Source of the DNA: a virus
Taxonomy: Duplodnaviria > Caudoviricetes
Length of the DNA: 64,000 bases
Strand: one strand, 5' to 3'
IMG/VR virus record: IMGVR_UViG_2784746785_000001
Span: 11,017 to 75,016 of that record
The position numbers and the translations under genes were made by a program. Under the pieces are notes generated by a model. It had not been told where the DNA came from. It saw nothing but the letters and a program-made list of their open reading frames with translations, and did not search any database. This document shows positions 55,085-64,000 of the stretch, piece by piece (the stretch's first letter is position 1; every line of letters begins with the position of its first letter).

Positions 55085-56341
55085 ATGTTGGAAAACCAGG
55101 ATATCCATAGTGCTATTTTAGCAATCATGGAAGGACTAACGCGTGAAGGAAAATCACCGAAAACACTCAAGACCTATGCAACCTCATTTAACTCTTTTGA
55201 GAATTATCTGAAAGACAACGGAATTAAATCCATTGATGAAAGTATGTGTCTGGAGTACATTTACCTGAAAACAGGTCAACGATTTAGTAGTTTTGGATGT
55301 GTCACTTCAGATTGCAGGGTGGATTACCGTATGCGGCCATTATCACTTTTACTGTATTACTTGGAAAATGGACATTTCTGCAATAAAGTCCGAAAAACAA
55401 AACCAAAGTTTATCTGCCCACCCTCTTTTGAATCGGAATACGAAGCGTTCTGCGAAGAACTGATTTATCGCGGATACAGAAAATCTACAATCGAATCAAA
55501 CACCCAGAAAACTCAATTGCTGATTATGTATTTGAATGAGCAGGGGGTTACCTCATCTAACGATATTACAATCCTGCATGTTGAATGCTATCTGAAGACC
55601 CTAAAGAATTATGCCATCAAATATATTGGAACATTTTTGTATGTTTTTAGAAATTTCTTTTCTTTTTTGTATAACCGGGGCTATATCGACCAGGATATAG
55701 CGTCTATGCTGCCCAAAGTACGTACTCCCCGCAATGCATCTATCCCTTATGTCTGGTCAAAAGAAGACCTGCAAAAACTACTTGGTGCCATTGACCGAGA
55801 GGATCCTAAAGGGAAGCGGGACTACGCAATTCTTTTAATCGCAATCCGACTTGGTCTTCGTATTGGCGATATTAGGAGCCTTAAACTGTCTTCTATCGAT
55901 TGGAACCGGAAAACAATAAGTTTAATCATGATCAAAACTGGGCAGCCAATCGAACTCCCGTTGCTTCCGGACGTAGGGTGGGCAATCATTGACTACCTCC
56001 AGAACGGTCGTCCTGCTACAAACAGTGAATGCCTGTTTGTCCGGCATAAGGCACCATTCAATGCTTTTGGCGACCGCAACGCATTTAGCAGAGAGCTGCA
56101 TCGCTATATATTGAAAGCCGGCTTACATTTGCCCGGTAACCAACAACATGGGATGCACTCTTTAAGAAGCACTTTAGCGGGAAATATGCTTGACGTTAAA
56201 GCACCGCTGCCGATCATATCTGAAACTTTAGGGCATCAGTCTATCAATACAACCGGTCTTTACCTAAAGATAGATATTGAGGGACTGCGTAAATGTGCAA
56301 TTGACCCGGAGGAGGTGTTTGCTATTGAAAACACCTTATAA
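55085..56341 (+). CDS. ritA: RIT tyrosine recombinase A
   Basis: RDYAILL..IRLGLRIGDI, KTG, HSLRS, LGH.S..TT.LY. Confidence 0.88.
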   Translation: MLENQDIHSAILAIMEGLTREGKSPKTLKTYATSFNSFENYLKDNGIKSIDESMCLEYIYLKTGQRFSSFGCVTSDCRVDYRMRPLSLLLYYLENGHFCNKVRKTKPKFICPPSFESEYEAFCEELIYRGYRKSTIESNTQKTQLLIMYLNEQGVTSSNDITILHVECYLKTLKNYAIKYIGTFLYVFRNFFSFLYNRGYIDQDIASMLPKVRTPRNASIPYVWSKEDLQKLLGAIDREDPKGKRDYAILLIAIRLGLRIGDIRSLKLSSIDWNRKTISLIMIKTGQPIELPLLPDVGWAIIDYLQNGRPATNSECLFVRHKAPFNAFGDRNAFSRELHRYILKAGLHLPGNQQHGMHSLRSTLAGNMLDVKAPLPIISETLGHQSINTTGLYLKIDIEGLRKCAIDPEEVFAIENTL

Positions 56342-57320
56342 GTGGAAAAGTAATCTTGCCGAGGTCATTCAAAACTATATTTCCCTGAAACAGCATACCG
56401 GTATGAAGTTTGAAACCCAAGAACGCTACCTACGGCACTTTGACTCCTTTTATTTCAATAATGGGTTTGATGGAGCAACGCTGACAAAGGAGCTAGTCAA
56501 TGATTTTATCTATGATAAGAACGAGCGCCCGTGTTCACATCGGAACAAGGAACTGGTCATGAGAGATTTTGCGGTTTATCTTTCAGACAGGGGTTACCAC
56601 ACGTATATAGCCGAAGTGAGAACCGAGCTGCCACGTTGTAAATTCATTCCCTATATCTTAAGCGATGATGAGGTTCGGCGTTTTTTCACGACCATTGATG
56701 GTTATCCAAAGTCGTACCTACAGGCAAGGTTTTCGTACAGGACAACTGTAGATCCAGTCCTATTCAGATTTTTATATAGTACGGGTGTCAGGATATCTGA
56801 GGCACTGAACCTGGTTCTTGACGATATGGATATAGATTCCGGAATTGCTACCATTCGCGCTGCTAAAAATGGGAAGGATCGCTTGATTCCACTGTCTGAC
56901 AGCATGACAAAACGCATTGCCACTTTTGTTGATGAATTTCATCGATTCAGTGATAGCAGGATGTTTCTTTTCCCCGGCTGCCACAATGGTGTCATGGGGC
57001 AGATGGACAAAAGCACTGCCTATACCCATTTTAGGGACTACCTGTTGATGGCCGACATCCCCCACACAGCAATAGGTCCCCGAATCCATAGCTTTCGTCA
57101 CGGCTTTGCCGTCAAATGTCTTAAAGGCTGGGTTTTGTCCGACAATGACCTGACCGTCATGCTGCCATACCTTGCTGCATATATGGGACACTCGGATTTC
57201 CGCGCCACTCAGTATTATTTATCGCTTACATCAGATCTTTATCCGGAGATTGTTAAGCGTGTTGAAGCCGAGTTTGGTTATGTCATCCCAGAATGGGAGG
57301 CTGTATATGATGAAAGCTGA
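56325..57320 (+). CDS. ritB: RIT tyrosine recombinase B
   Basis: LYSTGVRISEAL, KNGKDR, HSFRHGFAV, YMGH, TQYY; TTG start inferred. Confidence 0.88.
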   Translation: MKTPYKWKSNLAEVIQNYISLKQHTGMKFETQERYLRHFDSFYFNNGFDGATLTKELVNDFIYDKNERPCSHRNKELVMRDFAVYLSDRGYHTYIAEVRTELPRCKFIPYILSDDEVRRFFTTIDGYPKSYLQARFSYRTTVDPVLFRFLYSTGVRISEALNLVLDDMDIDSGIATIRAAKNGKDRLIPLSDSMTKRIATFVDEFHRFSDSRMFLFPGCHNGVMGQMDKSTAYTHFRDYLLMADIPHTAIGPRIHSFRHGFAVKCLKGWVLSDNDLTVMLPYLAAYMGHSDFRATQYYLSLTSDLYPEIVKRVEAEFGYVIPEWEAVYDES

Positions 57321-58332
57321 TCTGCCTTATTACTTGACCACATTCCTCAGTAAATACCTGCCAGGTGAAAAAAATGCCAGCCTTCACACCATACAGTCGT
57401 ATTCTTTCACATTTAAACTGTTGCTGATTTTTTTTGAGAGTGTGAAGTCGATTACGCCAGAGCTACTTGCCATGTCAGACTTGACCCGCGATGCTGTCAC
57501 TGACTTTTTAGATTGGCTTGAGTCTACACGAGGTTGCAGCATCACAACCAGAAATCAACGGCTGGTGGCAATCCATTCGTTTGTACGTTTTGTCCAGAAA
57601 CAATCGCTGGAGAATCTATATGAATTCCAGAGGATACTAAACATCCCAAATAAAAAGTGTGCAAAGACAGTAGTTCCTTTCCTTACCGGGAATGAGATGA
57701 AAATTTTGTTATCTATGCCAGACCCATCAAATAAAAATGGGCTAAGGGATCTGGTACTACTGGCACTCTTATACGATAGTGCTGCCCGGGTTCAGGAGAT
57801 CATTGACCTAAAAGTAAAAGACTTGCGATTGAAAAAGCCCGCGGTCATTACATTACACGGGAAGGGGCAAAAAACACGGCACGTACCCATCACTGAAAAA
57901 ACGAAAAGCTTGTTACAGTCTTACTTAAAATGTAGTTCTAATAATACGGGCATCAGCACAGGTGAAGAGTATGTGTTTGTAAATCAAAAAAAGCAACCGT
58001 TTTCACGTTGGGGAATATCCTACATCATAGGTAAATATGTTGATATGGCTAAACTACAAGAAGGGTTTGATGTGCGCTTCCCTGTTACAGCACATGTATT
58101 TCGGCACAGCAAGAGCGTCCATCTCCTACAATCAGGCGTTAATCTGGTCTATATCAGAGATCTGCTGGGGCATTGCGATTGCAGCACTACACAAATCTAC
58201 GCCAAAGCCGACACGGAGACTCGAAGAAAAGCACTGGAGGCGGCATATATAGATATACTTCCAACAAATGAATTGCCGGACTGGTCAGATGATAAGAACT
58301 TAATGGATTTTTTAAATACATTAAGTCGTTGA
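57307..58332 (+). CDS. ritC: RIT tyrosine recombinase C
   Basis: RNQRLVAI, YDSAARVQE, GKGQKTR, HVFRHS, LGH, TTQIY. Confidence 0.88.
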   Translation: MMKADLPYYLTTFLSKYLPGEKNASLHTIQSYSFTFKLLLIFFESVKSITPELLAMSDLTRDAVTDFLDWLESTRGCSITTRNQRLVAIHSFVRFVQKQSLENLYEFQRILNIPNKKCAKTVVPFLTGNEMKILLSMPDPSNKNGLRDLVLLALLYDSAARVQEIIDLKVKDLRLKKPAVITLHGKGQKTRHVPITEKTKSLLQSYLKCSSNNTGISTGEEYVFVNQKKQPFSRWGISYIIGKYVDMAKLQEGFDVRFPVTAHVFRHSKSVHLLQSGVNLVYIRDLLGHCDCSTTQIYAKADTETRRKALEAAYIDILPTNELPDWSDDKNLMDFLNTLSR

Positions 58333-58334
58333 CG

Positions 58335-58431
58335 ATAAAATGGTGAGTGTTTTGCGCACGATATCCAAAGGTTATCGGAAATATCATCCTTACGAGCAAT
58401 CACTCACCATTTTAAAACACTCTCCATAATG
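58335..58431. repeat. RIT right inverted repeat (97 bp)
   Basis: Partner of 54934-55030. Confidence 0.92.
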
Positions 58432-58462
58432 GCGCAAATGGGGAGCTCCCCATTTGCGCCAT
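58429..58462. repeat. Perfect 34-bp palindrome
   Basis: ATGGCGCAAATGGGGAGCTCCCCATTTGCGCCAT. Confidence 0.95.
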
Positions 58463-58745
58463 ACGAGATCCATTCACTTATATCGTGGTGGTATGCCGTT
58501 GGCGTTGCTTAGTGAATTCCTTGGTCATGCGTCTATAGAAACGACCAGAATCTATGCTTATGCTGATACAGAAATGAAACGGAAGGCCATTGAAAAAGCA
58601 ACCTCTGTCACAACGGATAGTGATGAGCCGCCAATTTGGGATGACTCCGATGAGGAAACACTGCGTAAACTTGCCGGACTGCGATAAGCAATCTTAGTTA
58701 TCCCGAATTTCTAGTACATACACTCACAGAAAGGAGCAGTATACA

Positions 58746-59147
58746 ATGATTTATTATGAATCATCCCTAAAATTCGGGATAACTATTTTTTCGGCATTAG
58801 ATGCACAGGCAAACCTCACAATGGCACTCGGATATAACAAGCCAGATGATATTCCTGTTACCCTCCCTACCATTATGCAGAAAATCATAGACGATATCGT
58901 GGATGTTTACGCCACCGGGCAGCATCAGGAAGTCATGGAGGAACTGGACAAGCTGTATAAAAGGTATCCGAAGGTAAAAGATGTCGTTGATATTGACAAA
59001 CCGCATGGGCTGTCAGAGGAAAAATGTGTTGCATTGATTTGCATCTACAGTTTGCACAATAAACTGACTGCTATTGAAATGCAGGATGTCTATTTCAAAG
59101 GCTGTAGGGATTGTGTGGGGTATCTTAAAAGGATAAATATGCTTTAA
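58746..59147 (+). CDS. Hypothetical protein
   Basis: 133-aa ORF, RBS AAGGAG, followed by a terminator. Confidence 0.6.
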   Translation: MIYYESSLKFGITIFSALDAQANLTMALGYNKPDDIPVTLPTIMQKIIDDIVDVYATGQHQEVMEELDKLYKRYPKVKDVVDIDKPHGLSEEKCVALICIYSLHNKLTAIEMQDVYFKGCRDCVGYLKRINML

Positions 59148-59154
59148 AGAGTAG

Positions 59155-59184
59155 CGGCATTGGCGAGGAGCTGATGCCGTTTTT
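59155..59184 (+). terminator. Intrinsic terminator
   Basis: CGGCATTGGC/GCTGATGCCG stem followed by TTTTT. Confidence 0.7.
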
Positions 59185-59264
59185 ACATAGCCGAAATTGG
59201 TAGAAAAGTTCATAGATATGAGGTATAATATATAAAAAATGTTAGTAAATGAGGTAGATGAAAC

Positions 59265-60515
59265 ATGTTTGATGAAAGCAAGAAGAATGCTAATAGTTAT
59301 GGTGAATTAGCTGTAGAACTATTGTCTGAAATATCAAAAATATATTGGAGCAAGATGTTTCATTATATAAAAGATAACAATATTGATATCAATAATGTCA
59401 ATTGTTTTATTATTGACCCCGAAAGCATAATTCTCTATTTTAGCAAAGAGTATCTCGCTATTGAGTATTGCGGAAATCCATTTAGCAAGGTGATCCAACC
59501 AAAGTCGCAAAAAGTCATTACATTAAATGATTGGACAAAAGAAAATATTACCACTCAACAATTTATGGAAAAGATTATTGGGTTTCAATTTGATGGGAGC
59601 AGTGGTGTCGTTTATCCCCTAATAAGTGACTTGTATGAGGATTTAGTATTACCAACTAATGCAGGGATGGAAAAACTTATTGATTTGAAATGGAATTTTG
59701 CAGCACAAAACCATTCCATAGGATTCAATGCAGATGGAATTGATATTGTAGGAAATCAGTTTGTACGATTGATTAATTGTACTTTCTTTGATTGTAAGAA
59801 CAATGACTTGAAAACAAGAACTATTAAATGGATGGATTTTTTGCCATTGAAATATGACGACACGTTAGAGGGCGAATACGATGAGTTGAAATTCAATTTT
59901 TCAGAATATAGTAGTAACTGGCTTAGGGATATGTTTTATCAATATCCTGAACCTGTTGACTACAAGTATGATAAATTGCCTAAAATGAATCACTTTATTG
60001 AATTATTTGGTGATTCTACGAATTCTGAGACTGATATTACCTCCTTTTTGGAGCAAGACGAGAATAAATTTATTATGACAATGGCTTTTCAAGGAATCCG
60101 TTCAGTTGGACAAGTAGAGTGCAAATGGCAGAGTGAAAACAGACCCAATATTAAGCCGGACTTCTTCGTACTTAAAGCTAATGGGTATGCGGATATAGTT
60201 GAATTTAAGTTGCCGAATATAAAACACGGTGCAATTGTTGGTAGAAATAATAGAGAAAATTTCAGCTCAGAAATCAACTCATATATTGCCCAAACGAGAG
60301 TATATCAGCAATATTTCGATGACCCTAACAACCAAATGTGGTGTGAAAAAGAGCATGATATCAAGGCTTACAAACCAAGGAGATATTTAGTGGTCGGACG
60401 AAGGAGCGATTTTGAAGCTGAAGTATGGATGGAAATCAAAGCACAATATCAAGATTTGGAAATTATCACTTATGACGATTTAGTTGATACTGTGGTAGCA
60501 CAGTTTTATCAATGA
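59265..60515 (+). CDS. sduA: Shedu anti-phage nuclease (DUF4263) with an N-terminal extension
   Basis: SETDITSFL, KPDF, DIVEFKLP, IAQTRVY, YLVVGRR, IITYDDL. Confidence 0.85.
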   Translation: MFDESKKNANSYGELAVELLSEISKIYWSKMFHYIKDNNIDINNVNCFIIDPESIILYFSKEYLAIEYCGNPFSKVIQPKSQKVITLNDWTKENITTQQFMEKIIGFQFDGSSGVVYPLISDLYEDLVLPTNAGMEKLIDLKWNFAAQNHSIGFNADGIDIVGNQFVRLINCTFFDCKNNDLKTRTIKWMDFLPLKYDDTLEGEYDELKFNFSEYSSNWLRDMFYQYPEPVDYKYDKLPKMNHFIELFGDSTNSETDITSFLEQDENKFIMTMAFQGIRSVGQVECKWQSENRPNIKPDFFVLKANGYADIVEFKLPNIKHGAIVGRNNRENFSSEINSYIAQTRVYQQYFDDPNNQMWCEKEHDIKAYKPRRYLVVGRRSDFEAEVWMEIKAQYQDLEIITYDDLVDTVVAQFYQ

Positions 60516-60551
60516 TTTGATAAATGGAAGTAAAAGGACAGGAGGGATATT

Positions 60552-61869
60552 GTGGTTGACAACAAATTTATTCAGTGCAATGCTTGCGGAACGAAGATAA
60601 ATCTTCGCATTCAGGTGGGTGCATATGATATTCCTTTCCATATTCAGTGTCCCACTTGTCAGTCAACAATGCACGGTAAAGTTTATATTGAGGAATACAA
60701 TATTAATGTAGAGAATGCAGATGTTACTAACTGTGACGATAAAGAGTTTTATTCAGTTGAACTTTCAGCGGAGTTTCCTACCAGAAAAAGCAATATACAA
60801 AAAGCTCGGCGAGGTTGAACTTTCACCGTACATGAGGAACTCTACACTTTATAATGATGGAGAAGCGGCAATAAAAGCGACCCAACAGGCTATGTGTTTT
60901 GCTGATTTTATGAAGCATGACTTGAGTAAAACGAAGCAAAACTTTGAACTGTTTTGGAATGCTCAAGATGCGATTTTATTCCCAAAATTGGAGAACTTAG
61001 TTTCTAAATACTCTTATATCCCGATTACGAAAATCAATAACAGACTCGATGCATCAATGGCATTGCATCAACTCCTATTAACGACAACAGGTATTTCAAA
61101 TGTTATCGGGGCAGGCAGCTTACAAGAATATTCGAGAATTGGTAAAACTGTAATTGGAACAGCAGCTAATTTTGATAAAATATTTGAATTTATAGAAAAT
61201 AACCAGATTGATTTTTGCAAAATTGAGCGAAATGCATTTAAGTTAATTGATTTATTTGCGAAGATATATGAACAATTAGTTCCCGTAGTTGCCCTCAGAA
61301 ATGGAAACTGTGTTGAGAACGTTGATAAAGAGCAGCATGGTATTATGACGGCAAATTTCAATGAGTTATCCGATTTTTACGCTAAAAGCTTTGAATGGAT
61401 ACTTGAAAATGTTGCAATAATTATTGGGTTAAATAACATATATCTACGAAGCGATTGGAAGCAGTGTGTTAATGGAAAGACCTATGCTGATTTTCTTAAA
61501 GAAACAAAAGGAAATAGATTACAGAATGGATACATAGGCGAAAAAGAACCATTTAGCAAGTCCGTTAATAGTTTGAATAATAAAATAAGAAACGCCATAC
61601 AACATTTTGATAGTGACATTGATTACAAGACACAATTACTTACGTTCAAAGACAGAAACAAGTCTGTTAATTTGTATTTACTTGAATTTGCTGATTTGTG
61701 TATAGAAAACTTTTGCATCATCTTTTATATATTAGAGCTGATATATAATCTACAAAAATCGACTCTAACACAGGAAGGCAATGTCCCCATTTTTCTGATA
61801 AATAATTTAGAAGTTCAAAGAACATCAAATCGAAAAAACAGGGAGAAAGGAACATTGAACCTGTGGTAG
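60552..61869 (+). pseudogene. Zn-finger plus HEPN-like protein split by a +1 frameshift
   Basis: CNACG/CPTC; RNAIQH (RxxxxH). Removing one A from 60785-60789 fuses the two ORFs. Confidence 0.6.
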
Positions 61870-61918
61870 TGGAAAGAAATGTAAACGCTGTTGTGGACAA
61901 CAATATTTAAGGAGAAAG

Positions 61919-62563
61919 ATGAAAAAAATATTCAGTTACAATGCAGACATCAATAAGAATGCCTATATGAATTGGAGAACTAATAATCACGAACCAATTC
62001 ATAATATGAACGTAATCGCTGAGGGGTATTTTGAAAGTGCGATATTATTAGCAGAGTGTTGCCTAAAAGATAACTCTGACAAAAAGGCTGATGGTATTAT
62101 ATTTCCTATGCTATTCTCAATAAATCACGGTATTGAGTTATATGAGAAATCAATTTGCTGGAGCTTAAATATTTTACTTGGTAATAACTCTTCTTTCAAA
62201 GAGAACCACGATATACGAGGAATTTGGCTTACTACAAAGCAAAAGATTAAAAAATTCGGTTTTGGAATAGGGCATGAAGAATCTGAATTTAACAATATGA
62301 TAATGAATTTAGAATCATATCTTGATGAGCTTTCAAAAACAATTATGGGAGATGACATAAACAAAGCCTATTATAATATCGATTTTAGTCGGTATCCTAT
62401 GAACAATCACAAGGAATACCATTTTTACTTGAAAACATATGAAAATGTCGTTGTGGATTTAGAGAACTTTGTTCTTGTTTTCAAAGATATTAAGGACTGT
62501 TTGTCATGTCTATCAGGTTACTATTATGGCTTAGTATTCGAGAGTTGGCAAACCAACGATTAG
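61919..62563 (+). CDS. HEPN-like hypothetical protein
   Basis: YFESAILL, IFPMLFSINHGIELYEK, NHDI..IW, DFSRYP. Confidence 0.6.
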   Translation: MKKIFSYNADINKNAYMNWRTNNHEPIHNMNVIAEGYFESAILLAECCLKDNSDKKADGIIFPMLFSINHGIELYEKSICWSLNILLGNNSSFKENHDIRGIWLTTKQKIKKFGFGIGHEESEFNNMIMNLESYLDELSKTIMGDDINKAYYNIDFSRYPMNNHKEYHFYLKTYENVVVDLENFVLVFKDIKDCLSCLSGYYYGLVFESWQTND

Positions 62564-62612
62564 ATTTTAATAAGCATAACTCGTCCTTTTTATATTTGAA
62601 CAATTCCTACAT

Positions 62613-62692
62613 AGCCGAGTGGTTTCACCCCGAAACCCACTCGGCTTTGCGATGGTAAGCACTCTGCCGGAAAGCGGGGTGCTTAATTTTCT
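62613..62692 (+). terminator. Two tandem hairpins; the second is terminator-like
   Basis: AGCCGAGTGG/CCACTCGGCT, then TAAGCAC/GTGCTTA followed by ATTTTCT. Confidence 0.5.
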
Positions 62693-62782
62693 GAAATTCA
62701 TTGAAAAAGTCATGGAAGTACGGTACAATAAATTATCTGATTTGTGTAATTCGTTGAAAGCAGTGCGGACAAGGAGATTTTT

Positions 62783-62995
62783 ATGTTGAAAAATAATATA
62801 GAATTAGATGTTAAGGTGAAATGTATAGAGAGTGGTATTACTCAGGCACAGCTTGCGGAGAAGATTAAAACTACAAGTCCATATGTCAATCGCATCATCA
62901 AAAAGCAAGACGGTGTTGTGAATAAGACTTTTGTACAGATGCTGGAGGCTCTTGGGTATGACATTGAACTAACCTATGTGAAGAGAAATGATTAA
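62783..62995 (+). CDS. XRE-family HTH protein
   Basis: GITQAQLAEKIKTTSPYVNRII...MLEALGYDIEL. Confidence 0.85.
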   Translation: MLKNNIELDVKVKCIESGITQAQLAEKIKTTSPYVNRIIKKQDGVVNKTFVQMLEALGYDIELTYVKRND

Positions 62996-63006
62996 GGCGG
63001 TGTGCT

Positions 63007-63588
63007 ATGATTATTTATGCTACAAAACGGACATTTGAACGATATAAATTAAAACTTCCGGCAGAATTAACCCCTCCAATTAATAGGATTACTCAAGCAG
63101 TGATTGAAAAAGAAAGTGGCGATAAACTTCTGGAATGGGGTGCAAAGCTATTTTATTTCGATAGAAGGAAGTGCATTCAAGTTGTAAATTTTGCCAGTAA
63201 GTTCACGCTGTTTCTGATAGATATTAAAGTGGCCGACTTAGAAAATGTTGGCGACATGATGGCTCACTATTTGCTCGAACTATATAAAAATGACAGGGAA
63301 ATGACAAAAGCGCTTAAAAAGATGTTTGAAGGGAATTTTGTGACCTGCTTTGCGAAACTTACAGATAAGAGTGCAATTGCCACCCTTAATACGACACAGA
63401 GCAGGTTTGCTGATGATGGGTATCGTTTTTATGAGTTTATTCGTGGCGGCATATTACATTCGATGGAGATTAACCATGATGTGAATTTCAAGTGGTTATT
63501 TACGATGAAGACAGATGGAAAAACAGAGTATTTTTATGGGGGAGAAAAATTCAGAAAGATTGTACTTGATAGATACGGAAAATCTTGA
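63007..63588 (+). CDS. DUF6933-like hypothetical protein
   Basis: MIIYATKR...WGAKLFYFDRRKC...N.ASKFTL. Confidence 0.6.
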   Translation: MIIYATKRTFERYKLKLPAELTPPINRITQAVIEKESGDKLLEWGAKLFYFDRRKCIQVVNFASKFTLFLIDIKVADLENVGDMMAHYLLELYKNDREMTKALKKMFEGNFVTCFAKLTDKSAIATLNTTQSRFADDGYRFYEFIRGGILHSMEINHDVNFKWLFTMKTDGKTEYFYGGEKFRKIVLDRYGKS

Positions 63589-63616
63589 CCAGTAAAACCG
63601 AAGGGAGAACACTGCA

Positions 63617-64000
63617 GTGGATAATTATGGAGAAATGTTGATTTATCAGACCGAAGATGGTTTGACTAAAATAGATGTCAATATGCAGGATGAAACGGTG
63701 TGGCTTACACAAGAGCAGATGGCAGAACTGTTTCAAAGAGACAAATCTACTATCTCGCGCCACATTAGAAACATATTTACTGAGGGAGAGTTAGATGAAA
63801 AAGTGGTTGTTGCAGAATTTGCAACAACCAGTCAGCACGGTGCTATGGAAGGCAAAAAGCAAAGCAATATTACAAGATTCTACAATCTTGATGTTGTTAT
63901 CTCTGTCGGATATCGTGTAAAATCACAGCGTGGCGTGCAGTTTCGGATATGGGCAGCCAACACTGCGGGAAGCGAAAATCGCAAAGAATTATCTGGATGA
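63617..64000 (+). pseudogene. rhuM: Second rhuM copy with an internal deletion
   Basis: N-terminus nearly identical to 52698. After FRIW the DNA jumps to sequence encoding QPTLREAKIAKNYLD in another frame. Confidence 0.8.

Larger units (their letters stand above)
54934..58462 (+). mobile_element. RIT (recombinases-in-trio) element
   Basis: Three overlapping tyrosine recombinase genes bounded by 97-bp inverted repeats, with a terminal 34-bp palindrome. Confidence 0.9.
54124..58687 (+). pseudogene. RitC-like tyrosine recombinase interrupted at its HxLRH motif
   Basis: ...VHPHQLRH at 54936 resumes as HTRSIHLYRGG...LGHASIETTRIY at 58460. Confidence 0.88.

Noticed and set aside
1-64000. tRNA, rRNA, reverse transcriptase/DGR/retron, antibiotic-resistance genes
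   Set aside because: No cloverleaf, rRNA-like tract, YxDD RT motif or recognisable resistance gene was found by inspection.

Overview
The window has two parts. (1) About 1-27.3 kb is a GC-rich siphovirus-type prophage on the minus strand, open at the left edge inside the tape-measure gene. Its gene order matches the Firmicute phi-m46.1-like family: sigma-like regulator, DUF2800/DUF2815, family-A DNA polymerase, primase, VRR-NUC, SNF2, RinA-like activator, HNH, terS, ParB-methylase, small-gene cassettes, terL, portal, ClpP protease, HK97 capsid, and head-tail and tail genes. (2) About 27.4-64 kb is a visibly AT-richer, plus-strand defence island. It carries an ABC-three-component (Lamassu-like) system; a four-gene operon made of a DruA-like/DndF-like fusion, a DndG-like protein, a nuclease-FtsK (DndH-like) protein and SfsA; a SIR2/AbiH-like gene; a MerR regulator; two TcmP methyltransferase-fold genes plus a radical SAM gene fused operonically to a type III R-M pair; a RIT element inserted into another tyrosine recombinase; Shedu; two HEPN-like genes; and two broken rhuM copies. 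Clusters of degenerate rumA 3'-end (att-like) half-sites separate the modules. The best candidate for an undescribed system is the Druantia/Dnd chimeric operon at 30839-41392, which has no dnd modification genes or DruE nearby. The second is the TcmP-TcmP-radical SAM-Mod-Res operon. Family assignments come from motif recognition by eye; no database search was run. No tRNA, rRNA or CRISPR array was seen.
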